The notes under the pieces were generated by a model. That model saw only the letters and a program-made list of their open reading frames with translations, was not told where the DNA came from and did no database searches. From assembly GCA_001179505.1 (NCBI GenBank), contig CDMY01000478.1, positions 1 through 64,000 on the forward strand: DNA of 64,000 nt. The letters run 5' to 3'. Positions 23,111-35,836 of this stretch are shown piece after piece (position 1 is the stretch's first letter; every line of letters starts with the position of its first letter). Made by a program: the position numbers and the translations under genes. This DNA is from Vitrella brassicaformis CCMP3155 (lineage: Eukaryota; Protista; Chromerida).

Positions 23111-23926
23111 GTGAGTGAGCGATGGAGGAGCAAGGCAGCCAGAGCGGGATGGAGGGAGGGAGGAGTGCATCGCTTGCTGACCCGCCCACGGCTGTGCAGC
23201 ATGGATGTGTGCGCCACGCCTTTAGGTAGCGAGCGGCCCCGATTCGTCGGCCTCCCCCTCGGCTTTCCCTTTGGGCCTGTATACTTCTAGATGGCAGTTT
23301 CCATGGGTGGGTGACCGACACATTCGCACACACAGAACTGGGCTGCTCCTGGCTGTCTGGTCATCCGTCTGTGTGTTTGTGCCTTCAGGTGCCCATTGTT
23401 GCGGTCCGTGCGGTAGCTAGTGGTGACTGCAGTGGAGGTTTGTTCGGTTCGACCGACTGACGGATGTGTACAAAGGGCACTTGAAGAAGCTTCGCTCCCG
23501 CCCGAGAGACTCTCGTACGTAAAATGACCCGCGAGTTTTTGTGTGTCGATGCCTTCACTGCACGCATGAGAAGAGCTCGAGGGTTGTGCGACTGGATGAA
23601 TGGATGGATGTGTGCGTGTGGGTGGGTTTGTGGGTAGAAAAGGCCACTCAGACGCATCCATGTCATCAGTGCGTGTGAGACCGTCCGCTGCTCGCTTCGT
23701 ACTCCTCCGTTGTCCAGTCCACAGAGGATGCACACACCTTCACTGTCGCTAGACCCATTCATTCACTGATCGGATTTGTGAGCGGATCAAAACGACGCTG
23801 GGCTCTCATGCACAAGTGCACACACTGGTGGTTCTCTCCTAGCACACGTACGCATGTGTCTGTCAATCAGCTGGGCTTATGCACAGACGTCCCAAGACTC
23901 ACACATCAACGCGGCCCAAAGCCTGG

Positions 23927-26732
23927 CTATCGGACGCTGAGCAGGTATCCGGTGAGGTATTCACTCTCGGCATAGAAGGGGTCCCGAGGATGGTCCCCAG
24001 ACGCATGCAGCTCACGCACCACACAAAGCTGCACATGAACACACACAGATGACGCAAACGGACCCTGACGGCTGGCTGCCCGGTGGCACACCCGTGTTGA
24101 TTGCCTGCCTGTCTGTTGGCTTGCTGTGCGGCCAGCTTAAGCACGTCGAGGAAGGCGCCGCTGTGGGTGACCACCTGCAACCACCACACACACACACACA
24201 CACATTTATAGGGCCGCCTGCAAGTGTGTCCCGTTGTGTGTACCTGTGAGCATGTGCACGTCAGCAGGAGGCCCTCAGACCTCACCAGCTGACCAAACCA
24301 CACACACACACACACAGGCAGGAATCAACGAAGATACCAACGATAAGTAAATGCTTTATATGATGTACCCACACGTACCTTGATGACGGCAGCATTGAGG
24401 TGCACCAGCTGCTCGACGGCCTCTCCCACGCCCCCTCCCTCTTCCCATGCCGACGTGCCACCCACGTTGGCCCTCTTGGGTGGGTCGCACACCACCAGGT
24501 CATAGACGCCGCCCGCCTCGCCCTCCCGACACACATACTCCATGACGTCGCTCTGCACCGCCCTCACGTGGCCCTCCAGGCCGTTGAGCTGCGCGTTGCG
24601 GTGGAGTGTGGCGATGGCCTCGGGCGAGTGGTCGACGGCGGTGATCGACACAGCCATGGGGGTGGGAGGGGGGCGGGATGACTGTTGTTGGGCGGTGGCC
24701 AGGTGGTGCTGGTACGCATGGGCCATGTTGAGGGCAAACCCACCTGGGGTGGTGTGGTAGATGGAATGGCCAACAGGACATAGATACATGTGTGTCTCAG
24801 CGAGGTGCTGGTGTGTGCCTACTTACCTACCTGTGTATGAGAAGAGGTCGAGGCCTCTGCATTGCCTGACGGCCGACCACTGCGTGTGGTGCCTCTGTGA
24901 GACGTCGCGCCAGCTCCTCTTGTGCTCGCCACTAATGCGATCCAATAGACGCGAAAACAGGTCGCGCACCTGACCAGCCATACATATCAGACACACAGAG
25001 ACATGGGCTGCCTTTCTTTCTGTCTGTATGAGTGTGTGTTGAGTGGTGTACGGTACGTATGTACCATTAGCCTGTTGTCCCTCATGTCGATGAACCACCC
25101 GGTCTTCTGGCCGCGCCACGGCGACACCTCATACCGCAGCCCGCCCTCACATATACACACCGGCGACCCGTCACTCGCACCTGCACACGCACATCAATGG
25201 CCGGCCATCTATCTGCATTCATTCGTATGAGCACCCTTGTCTGTCTGTCTGTCTGTCTTTGTGTTGTGTCCGCACCGCTGGGCCCCTGGTTGGCGGCTGG
25301 GGTATGGTCGCCTCTCTTGGGCTGCCAGCCGTCCACTTTGAGCTGGCCCATGCTGCGACGCCACCACACGGCCGGCCGGCTGCCCTCATGGTGGGCATCA
25401 GTATCGCCACGTGAGAGGGGACGGGACAGCTGGGAACGGAGCGCCTGATGTCATTCATGCATGTAACAACCAGACAGGGCAGTGAGTGAGTGAGTGCATC
25501 TCTGATGGACGAGCAGCGCAGTGTCGCCTTGTGTGTGCCGTGCCGTGTGTGAAGATTTGTCAACTGACATGCATACATACATACATACGTGGTGTATCTC
25601 CGGTCGCCATATCTCTGTCCACAGCGCCGATGGCCTGACGACGACGTGGCGGGCGTAGACATCGACACAGAGTCCCGAGAGCCCGTCGCCCTCCACATTG
25701 ACCAGCCGATAGGCATCGGTGACCCCCTCACACGGGAGACCCAGACACAGCCGTCGCTGAGGTGTAACAAACAGCACACAATATGCACACGCAAGCACTG
25801 CACTGCACTGCTGCCTCCCATGTCCCACAGCCGGTATGCATTTCTTACGCACGTTCCTGGCCCGCCGTATTTTGTCGTGCATCATGGTGTGTACGTCCAT
25901 TGTGTCGCTGGCACTTGAGGCAGCCCCCATGGCCATGAGCCGGACACGAAAGACCGACAGCGGGTTCCAGAAGCCCCACCCCAAGACCTCTCCCCGGCCG
26001 TCCACCGCCACCGCCAGGCAGCCTGGCGGCGCACTCACGGGGGCGGTGCGGATGTGCACCGATGAAGGACCAGTCAAAGCACACCACGCAACGCTGCACA
26101 GCGAGAGGAAAAGCCAACACCACACGTGACAAGAGTGCCCCTACCACTGCCTGCCCCTCCCTGCCTCACCGTCTGACGGCGGGTGCCCGCACGACAGGCG
26201 AGCCCTCCTCCCAGTGGTTGGGGTACCGACCCACCGCAGAGGCCAGCTTCTCATGGTCGCCCTCACGCCGCACACACACCACACACACGTGACGCTGCGC
26301 CTCACGCCACTCCAAAGGAGCCCGGCCGGCAGGGAAGGCGAAGTATCGACACACCAGCCCACGAACCGCCGCAGACAGCCACACGGGCAGCTCGGCGAGG
26401 GACAGATCAGAGGGGGGTAAGTCTATGTGCCAGGCCGACTGCTGCTGGGCGGCTGCCAGGGCATCGCTCTCCTCGGCAGATGAGCAGATCGCCCGTTGGT
26501 CCAGTTGCTGCCTTCTTATAGCTGCGAGGGCCTCAGCTGCCGCCTGCTGAACCACCCCTGATGACGGCCGGTGCTTGTGAGTCGGTGCGGCATCCTCTTT
26601 GGGCGGGTAGGGACTGCCGTGGCGAGTGGCCTCGACCGTCGCGATGGGCCTTATCGACGCACGGCGGGCGGACACGATGAGATGAGGGCCTCCAAGCCGA
26701 GAGCTGACACACGTCCCTGTGAGCATCACCAA
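23927..26732 (-). CDS. RlmI/YccW-like SAM-dependent (rRNA m5C-type) methyltransferase with a PUA domain and an N-terminal extension; multi-exon
   Basis: Motifs include [27 protein letters not shown] (PUA), [60 protein letters not shown] and the C-terminal [25 protein letters not shown]. Confidence 0.85.
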
Positions 26733-26941
26733 CTCATCACTTTGACACTCAAGCTGAAGATCTCTTCATAAAGTGTGAAGCCCGTCGCTCCATCAACCCC
26801 ATAATTGCTTCACAGAGAGGAGAAACGAAGACAGGTGCCACGCATCTGAGCTCGCAAAGATCGAAGCGAAGCCGGGGAAAGCTGTGCGTCGATTTGGGAG
26901 CTGCATCGACACAGCCAAGTCCGTCGAGACTGTCTGCAACA
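26511..26941. repeat. Copy 2 (native position) of the promoter/leader segment duplicated at 111-539
   Basis: Aligns with 111-539. Here it spans the 5' coding end of the methyltransferase and the divergent intergenic region. Confidence 0.95.
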
Positions 26942-27484
26942 AAAGGGTATCGAAAGGCGCCGCGGCCGAGGACGGCGGGAGCTGTCGTAGGCATCTGATG
27001 GGTGCCGTCAGAAGCCACGGCTGGCGCCAGTGGGGCTGGTGTTGCGCCGCTGTCAATGCTGCCACGTGCCACCTGGTCCTGCCGCTACTTTCCTCGGTTG
27101 TCGCAGTATGCTGCTTGGTCAAAGAAGGAGGAGGCCTGGGGATGATAGGCCTGTGGGTTTGCGTGGTGGCAGCATCTGTGATGATGCATCCGTGCTTGCG
27201 GGGACAAGGCTGGCAGGTAGGCAGCAAGCCAAGAACACAGGAAAACACCGTAATTGCAGGCGTTCGTTTGTACGTGTATCATGTGTCTGGGCTCGTTCAT
27301 GGTTTAGGTGGCCAGACTGGCGGTCTTGGTGGTCAACGACATGCTCACGGGGGACAAATCGACAACCACTGCGGTGCGTACTCGCAAGGACAGCAGGGCA
27401 TGCAAAGGAGCTCCTTGCCATTTCTGTGGCGTACATACCTCTCTCTCCCTCTCTCCCTCTCTCTCTGTGTGCGGTGTGGCCACA

Positions 27485-29804
27485 GGTGATGCTGACGGGC
27501 TTGCTCCAGCTTCTATGCATAGTAGCGTGGCTCGTAGAGCGCATGGCGAGCGGGTCGGCCGTCCCGCCCCCCTCGAGGGCCAAGGAGGCCCGTGAATCGC
27601 CGCCTCCATCCACGACGGCCCACTCCACCGAACACCAGCACACCATTACCGACCGCAACGCAGACCTGGTAAGATCCATCCGTCCATCCATCATGCACCT
27701 CTTGCTGCAGACAGTGAGTGCAACACTGCCTGGTGTGTGTCGGTGCTGCTTTGCAGGGCATTCCCAGGACCACTCCATTCTCCCCGACCCGCCTCTTCTC
27801 CTTCCTGCGGCCGCCCAGCGACCTGTCGGCTCGCCAGGAGCCCTTCAAGTGTCACAGCAAGGCGCGCGACATGGTGCCCATCGGATTCACCCCCACTGAC
27901 GATGGCGTCTACCTGACGACTGACCAGGACCGCCACGCCAACAATTACGCGGACACGCAGACCGCCGCCAGTCGCCTCATTGGGCAGGCGCTGCACACCA
28001 TGCTGGGATCATTGCAATGGGGCCCTATCGACGTATGCTCCTCGCTCATGCGGCAGATCGAGGCGTCGCCCATCATGGCCCACACCGTCACGACCGAGGA
28101 GTGCCTGCTCTCCCTACCATTCGATGAGGCGCGCGGCTGGGGCGTGGCGGTCTATCCTTTACTCAACAAAGGCCTCTTCGGTGGGATGAGCCTGCAGCGG
28201 GGGATGGGCGGGGGCAAGAGGGAGGCCACGCACTGCGGTGTTGTCATCGGCACCCCCGAGAGGCTCATCAATGGTGTGGGTCACGTCGGGTAAGTAAGGC
28301 AACATAGTGGATGGATGGTGCGGATCCTATCGCATCACCGTCCATCCATCCATCCATCCATCCAATGTGTGTGTTGTGTTGTGGTGTGGTGTGTCGTGGT
28401 GTGGTGTGTGTGTTATGCAGGCGCGCGTCTCGGCTGGGTGTCTTTGTTGAGTGGGAGCGCATGGTCAAGGACTGCGAGCGAGAGAGCATCATGAAACTAG
28501 CACAAGGCGTCAAGAAGGTCAGGACTGGTCACGTGTTCTCTTTTATGTGCGTGATGTTGATCCATGTATGTATCTCAGGAGGGCCAGGAGTGTCTGCTGG
28601 TGGGTCTGCTGCCTCTGAGTGCCATGGACATCCCCGCCCTGTTCCCCTCCCCCCTGCACCCCAACACCGACCTGCTCTCGTGCATCATCTCGCCCGACAC
28701 CCCGCCCGCCCCGCCACCCCTCACCATCCAGTCGCTCTGGCATTCCTTCCTCGAGCACACGGGCTGCTTCGACGGCATGCCCATGAGTGCGGTGACCGGC
28801 CAGCTGCCCGCCAAAGCGGCTGGCGTGCTGGCGCTGGGTATGGTGGCCCAGGAGAAGCGGGAGCATGACCACAAGACCAGGGAGGTGGACACGGCTGCCT
28901 CGGCGACACCTGTGGGCGGCGGAGGGGGCGGTGCTGGTGTTGGTGTGTGGTGCGACGCCAACACGGTCGACGGCAGCAGTGAGAGCGAGCTGGAGGGTGG
29001 CGTGAGTGAGGAGGCCGTCACCGATCAGGAGGGCAAGTGTGCAGAGGGAGGGGTTAGTGACGGTGAGGGTGTGGCCTCGGCCTGTTTGTTTGAGGCCGCC
29101 TTTCTGGCGGCGTATGTGCTCCTGTTGAGCGGCATCTGGCAGCCCATACAGGTGGGTGAACACGGCACGCACAAACACATGAGCGGAAAGCCGGAAGGAC
29201 CGTGTTTGCTGCTTGGTTCCCTCAGGTATTGCTGTTTGTGGTGTTTACGGTTACCCTGCCGCCCACCACACGGCCGCTCCTGTCGGCTGTGCCGCTCGGG
29301 GGCCTCATCATGACCATAATCGTCGCCACACACATGACGTGTGGCGGTGGTGCCGTCAAACAGACGGCCACTCTCATTAGGTACGCTTAAACCCACCAGA
29401 CGGCTACATGGGTCGCTCATGACTCACTCCGTTGTGTTGTCTGTTGTCTCTCATGGATGCGATGTGCGCAGCGGTTGGCTGACGGTGGTGCTGGTGTCTT
29501 TGGCCAGCAGTGGTGCTAACACGGATGGGGGGCTGGTGGTAAGGGGCACGTGTGTGCTGGCGGGCAGCGTGGCGGCACTGGCTCTCTGGACGAACCTCTA
29601 CATGGCCCTTCCCGCAATGCCCATACTGTGAGTGAGAGCACTGACGGCTGGCCCACGGGCAAATGTCACAGAGCAAATTGCTTTCTGTGTGTGTGTGTCG
29701 TCAGGTCTATCATATCGTCGTGTTGGTTCCCCTTGTTTGGCGTCACGATAGCAAGCGGCACAGCCAAGTGGCTGACGTCCATCGACTATGGGGGCGCTGA
29801 CTGA
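27485..29804 (+). CDS. Hypothetical multi-exon membrane protein with a helicase-like VVIGTPERL motif and several C-terminal hydrophobic segments; start uncertain
   Basis: Coding-like exons are bounded by GT/AG in ORFs 27030.., 27718..28293 (CGVVIGTPERLI), 28564.., 29202.., 29341.. and 29550..29804. Hydrophobic stretches include AAFLAAYVLLLSGIW, VLLFVVFTVTL and GWLTVVLVSLA. Confidence 0.5.
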
Positions 29805-30382
29805 CACACACACACACACACACACAGGGTGGCCGGGAGAGGAATGAAGGCGCTTTAGTCGGCAGCATCGCTGTTCATGTAGATACATACGAACATACAT
29901 ACAGGTGTCTGGCTGTGGGTGTGGGTGTCTGGTGTGATGTGTCGTGTCTCGGCCTGCCTCTGCCCGAAGGGCACGCCGGCAATGTGTTGGTTGATGTTTT
30001 TCGCCACCTTTATACGTACGTGTCTGTCTGTAATCGGCTGACGGCGTCATACCATTCTACATGGGTTTATATTATGCATGGACGCGTGTGTCTGTCGAGT
30101 GGCTTATGTCCCGTACGTGACGATGACGCCTTTCTGCGTGCGGGCGTGCGTGACAGCCAGACACTTTTTGGTTTAGTTGTCTGTTCATTCGTTGGGACGG
30201 GCAGCTTCATGTGTTCATGTGCATACGACACGGCCAGTGAATGGGACAGTGTACAGACCTGCCTCGGCGCAAAACACCCTCCACCATCACAAAGAGCTAG
30301 GGCTATGTCGCTCCGCCAAACCGTAGCTTAGCTCGCACCTCCCGAACGCTCTCCCGCCAGATCTGGGGCGTTGGTTGACAGG

Positions 30383-31038
30383 ATGGTGCAACGTTTGACA
30401 TACCGGCGCAAGGTGCGCTACAACACACCGTCCAACAAGCAGATAGTGGTCAAGACACCGGGTGGCGTCAACACGTACCACCTCGCCACCAAACGCAGCG
30501 CCAGGCCACGGTGCGCTCAAGCCAACTGCCACATCCCTCTCGCAGGGGTAAGGAACGAAGCCACAGACAAGACACGACGCAGGAAACACGCACGACACGA
30601 GCCAGATCTGGACCTACACACGCTCACACAGACATCGCCACGCCTCTTGATTGCTCTGTTGGCTGCCTGTTGTCTGTGTGTGTGTAGATCCCCGCTGTCC
30701 GTCCCCGTGAGCTCAAGTATATGAAGAAGCGGCAGAGGCGCGTGTCGCGGGCGTACGGCGGCAACCTCTGCCACATATGCACTCGCGACAGGTGGGTGAC
30801 CATACACACACTCACAACCACCCACCCAGACGCTGGTCAATCAACCTGTTTGTTTGTGTGTGTCTGTGTGCGTGTTGGCTGGTTGGTTGTCTTGGTCAGG
30901 ATTGTGCGTGCATTTCTGATAGAGGAGCAGAAGCTGGTGAAGAAGGTGCTCAAGGAGAAGGAGGCGGCCAAGTCAGCCGACAAGGCACCCGCCGCTGTCG
31001 CATCCACTGCCGGCAAAAAGAAGAAGGGATCCAAATAG
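30383..31038 (+). CDS. RPL34: 60S ribosomal protein L34 (eL34); 3 exons (30383-30547, 30688-30791, 30900-31038)
   Basis: MVQRLTYRRKVRYNTPSNKQIVVKTPGG...[53 protein letters not shown], with canonical splice sites in phase. Confidence 0.98.
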
Positions 31039-31383
31039 GCCAGCCAGGGTGGTGACAGACTGACGCTCGGCCACAAAACACACACACAGCCTGCCGGCCT
31101 GCTTTGGTTGTGGGTGGGTGGGTGGTTTGCGTGGTGCGTGGCTGCTTAAGGTTGCCTCTCTTCTCGTGAAGCCGATATCAATGTGGTGGTGACGCGACTC
31201 CATTCATGAGCCTGAATGAATAGTACGTGAGTGACATTGATGTATGCACGCTGCGGCGGCAAGCCCAGATCTTCTTCCTACATGCCATGGATACCATAGA
31301 CGTCATCCATCCATCCACTGCCTACCGACCTACATAAAGCAGTCCTGGCTGTCTCCCTGCCCTGCACACGCTTTCCTCCCTAG

Positions 31384-33496
31384 CTACACGTCAGTCGTGC
31401 AGTGCATGTGTGGGGGGCTTTGTGAGAGAGCCACAACCAGCTTCTGCACACGAAGGTGAATCCCTTCAAATGGGGGTGTGGGCAGGAGACAGACAGACAG
31501 ACAGACGGATGCATGGATGGATCCCACACCTCTCTGTAAGAGTGTAGGGTATCTGCACTCCCTCACTTGAAGCCAACAGCTGTTGTTTGGCGATGAGTGC
31601 GGCAGTCCGCTTCTCGCCCTCGTGCAGCGCCTCGCGATGCCGACGCACACGAACACATATCTGGTTCACACACCAACATCCACACAGACGAAAGCATTGT
31701 TGCCGTACACGTGTCTCTGCGCACCTCGTGTGCCAGGTCAGGCGTCATGGGGGCGGGGCTGGTCGCTTCTTGCGGAGGCGGTTTCGGTTCAGAGGTGTGT
31801 GGGAGATGCCCATCGGCTATCTCTGGGTCAGCCACAGCCACAACACCAACGTCAGGAGCAACCGGCAGCCGTGTGGCGTGTTGTGGTAGAAGTGGCGCCC
31901 CGGCGATCAAAGACACGACGGGCGAGTCCGCCCCCTCGGCCCACACCACGTCGTCATCATCAGCGTCGCTCGAGCCATCACTCGGTCGCTTCCTGTGCGG
32001 TGGGGGGTGAGAGGGCACCCCCAGCTGCTGGTGGGGGGGTTTGCGTTGGGGCGTGGGGCCAGCAAAGCTTCTGGCTGAGAAGCCGAGCATGGATGGGCCG
32101 ACACTGGGTTTTGGGATGGGCATTCTGAAGCGCCTGGATGGCGAGTGGGAGTCGGCCTCCTCTTGCATCGCCTTGACCTGCTGCTCCATCTCCTGATCCA
32201 TCGGCCGGTGCAACAAACAAACCACATGACATGGGAGGGAGACACGAGTGGGAACAAGGAAGGCTTGCCTCACCCAGTAGGCGATTTGGAACTTAAACCC
32301 CACCAGGCCGACGGGCATCGATATCACCTGCACACACGTACGTAGAGAGAGAGAGAGAGACGTGATGTGAGAAGGGGACGAAACAAGTGCCCGGCGTCGG
32401 TCGGTATTGACCTCCCGACCATGATGCCGAAGACGGACGCTACTCCGGCTATGCACCGACCCACGTCCGTCTGCAGGCGGCTGCCTAACCACACCAGCAA
32501 TGACACAAAGGACGACAGCACATGTGGCACTGACAAGCTTGTCAGGGTGCCCTCCTCTACAGTTGTCTCTTGTCCATCTGCACACACCGTATCCGACTGT
32601 AGTGAGCGTCAGGAGTGAGAAGAACATGGCGGAAGGAATCGACTCGAAACCCCTGACCGGATCAAGAAGAGCCATGTATCCGCCAATGGTGGCTTGGTGG
32701 CCCCTCGGCCTTTGTCTCACTCGGTGTTGTGGCCAAACTCCGCTGTGTACAGTAGACTCGAGAAAACTATCACGCCTACAGACAGACAGACAGACAGACA
32801 GACAGACCGACGAGAAAGGAATGCCTGCACGGCCTCATTGAGACTCGTCGTCTGGATACATACATACATAGTGCCAGTGAGAAGACCATGAGGTTGAGGG
32901 GTCCGAGTGACGCCTGGATGCTCACGAGCATCAGCTGCAGGCCGGACGAATAGCGCGACAGCTTCAGGACACGAAATATGCGGGTCAGGCGGACGGCACG
33001 CAGCACACGAAGACCCTTCAGGGAGTCACTCAGCTGCACACAATCACACACACGCAGACATTTCATTTGAGAGAGGAGAGAGACGTCCATATGCTCATCT
33101 GTTTTACTGACCGAGCCCAGGATGACTTCCAAGTAAAAGGGCAGAATGGAAATGAGGTCAAACCAGTTCAGATAAGCTGCACCCACACATCGACACAAAG
33201 ACAGCAAGGGCGAGGCCTCCTACCGTCTGTCTGTCCGTCTGTCTGTCTGTCTCTGCGTGTGTCTTCTGTCTGTGCTCTCCCATACAAGCGACAAATTCCC
33301 AGTGTGAGTTGCCGTGTGAGGTCCAGGCCCAGATGCGCAGCACGAATTCGAGCGTGAAAATGACGGTAGTGCCCGCCTCCAAGCTGAACCACAACGCCGA
33401 CAGGTCCTCACGATCCTTCAACGCAGGCAACGTCTTCTGCACGGACAGCGCAAGAACACACACAAAGAGAGAGAAGATCACCCACCTGTGTGTGTT

Positions 33497-33530
<34 letters not shown>

Positions 33531-34283
33531 GATGATGAAGCTGGATATCGAGATGATGATGAGTGTGAGTATGGCCACAGCCACTATCTGTGCCGTCTGC
33601 GAACTGTCGGGGTACTCCAGCAGCAGATGGACCGACTTGCGGCAGCTGAAGCAGACATAAACAACCCGTACATGCAAGCCCACAATCGCCACGAGTTTGC
33701 GTGTTTGCGTGCCCCTCTTACACATCGGGGTCGCAGAGCACTGCGGCGATTGTGGACCCCATGCTTGGCTGTCGTGGGGCTATGTGTACGTCTGTTTGTC
33801 GCTTCAGCAGGCGGCCGACCGTGGTCGACCTCTTCACCAAAGGCCGGCGAGCGGCCTTGCGCATGTAGCGCTGCCCAGCTCCAAGTATCGTCGACATCGA
33901 ATGGCCACCGAGACGCGAGCTGGCCCCCACTCGGAGGCCCGCAGTCTCGTCCTCGGTTCGGCCATCGGCAGCCTGAGGCGCAGAATCCGGGTCAGTGGCG
34001 CCTTGTCTGTGAATTGAAGCGACGGCCCAACACTTCCACGGGCCCTTCCCCCTCCCCCCTTTTCCGCTATGTCTGTCGAGGCTCCCCCAACCTCTGCTCC
34101 CCCAGTAGCCCCTCCTGCCGGTGTGCGGTGTGCGTCGGCGTCGGCGACGGCGCAATGGGACCCCACACTCCTCCATGCTGAGCGGCTGCACGCCAGGAGG
34201 GCCGCAGCAGCGGGGGAAAACCCATGGTACACATACTGAGTCTTTTGGGGGAGAATGAACGGGATGGTCGGTTCTCCTGTCAT
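31384..34283 (-). CDS. Voltage-gated potassium channel alpha subunit (6TM, Kv-like); multi-exon, ends approximate
   Basis: S1 LLEYPDSSQTAQIVAVAILTLIIISI; S2 EAGTTVIFTLEFVLRIW; S3 NWFDLISILPFYLE; S4 LRVLRAVRLTRIFRVLKLSRYS; pore FESIPSAMFFSLLTLTTVGYG (about 32588-32640); S6 IAGVASVFGIM/VISMPVGLVGFKF. Confidence 0.93.
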
Positions 34284-34319
34284 GGTTCTCTTCTTTGTTC
34301 CTGTTTGTCTGTGGTGATC

Positions 34320-35651
34320 AGGCCTAACTACCAGCCGACCAAGGACAAGCTGAAGCTGACGGCCTACCCACTGAAATACTCAAGGCCGGTGAATGACGAG
34401 ATGACCCCCTCGCCGCATCACCGAGGTGTGCATATGACTTGAATGTATGTGACACACACACTGATGTGACACACACACGTGTGTGTGAATGTCAGCCCCC
34501 TACACCTTCATCGACGAGACGCCCCTAACATTCAAGTCACATACAAAGAAAACATGGATCTTGGTGCCTCTGAAATGTCTGCCTCCTCAGGTCCCATCGT
34601 GTGCCTTCGATGCTTTACTGTGCTCGCGAGCCGGACGTGCGTCTGGGGTGGGAGAAGATCCAGAACACACCGACACTGCGGACATCGGCCAGGAACATTC
34701 TCAAGAATGCACACAAGTTCAAGTATTCCGGCCACCCGCCACTTCATCACTGCACACAGGTGGACGCCCAAACACTCAGACAGTCACCCCATTTCACAGA
34801 GGATTCGTTTGCAGTCCATTCCGCCCCCTGAAGTTGCGAATCCTCTGCCGCGGGACGGCCAGAGGAGCGGCGAGGGGGCGGGCCAGGGCCCCCTGGCATT
34901 CAGGAAGGAGGACGGGCCGGACGGCTTCTTTTTCTCCGGCTATCCCTACCTGTACCCATCAGCACAGACCTACTTCGAGCCATACAACACAGAGGTGCCA
35001 AGGATAGCCTCACTGGCGGGCACCAAGAACGTCGAGGAGCTCGTCGAGGCCGAGAGACAGCTCACTGGTCGGCCGGCGACAGTGCCGTTGAGGGATGTGG
35101 TGGATAAGATGCGGCAGGACGCGGAGTTCCGGCAGACGATGAAGCAGAGATGGCGGACAATGATTGCCAAAGCAGACCACCCACACTTGCATGGGTCGGG
35201 CAGTGGGTGCACACCCAAGAATGCGTGGATGGATGGATGGATGGATGGATGGCCAACGACGTCTCTCTGTTCTGGTGACGTGCAGAGTGTTCCCGGCGCA
35301 TGTGGCGAGGCGTTACAAGTTGGCGACGGTTGCGGTGGGTGAGGGGCAGAGGGAGGCTGCTGGCACTGTCGGCGCGCGGGAGAAAGACAGGGGGGCCACA
35401 ACCATGAGGGAAACACCCCAATACAGCATCAAGTGAGCGAGACACACAGGCTTCAGCGTGTGTCTCTCTTTGTCGTGTGTACGTACGGTTGGTTCCTCCT
35501 GTCTGTCTGTCTGTCTGTCTGTCTGTGTGTGTGTGTTTTGATCGATCGATCGATCAGGGGTTATGGCAAGAGCCATCCTTTGACGCACAAGCAAATCATC
35601 CCGCCCTACTCGAATAAGAAACATCCACTTTATGAAGCCAAGACGCAATGA
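34320..35651 (+). CDS. Hypothetical multi-exon protein
   Basis: Coding-like exons PNYQPTKDKLKLTAYPLKYSRP, GFFFSGYPYLYPSAQTYFEPYNTEVPRIASL...MKQRWRTMIAKAD, VFPAHVARRYKL and GYGKSHPLTHKQIIPPYSNKKHPLYEAKTQ* are separated by microsatellite introns. Confidence 0.55.
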
Positions 35652-35836
35652 GTGTCCGGATACTTGGACGGACAGGCGTGGAGGGGTCTGTTGCTCATGG
35701 GCTGCGCACCACGCACTGCAGGAAACAAGACCTCCTCTGTGCTACTCTCCTAGAACCGAACGGAAACGAACGCTCTCCCACTCACAATACACACCATCCA
35801 TCAAGGCCACAGATACGCCCGCCCTTTATCTGTCTA

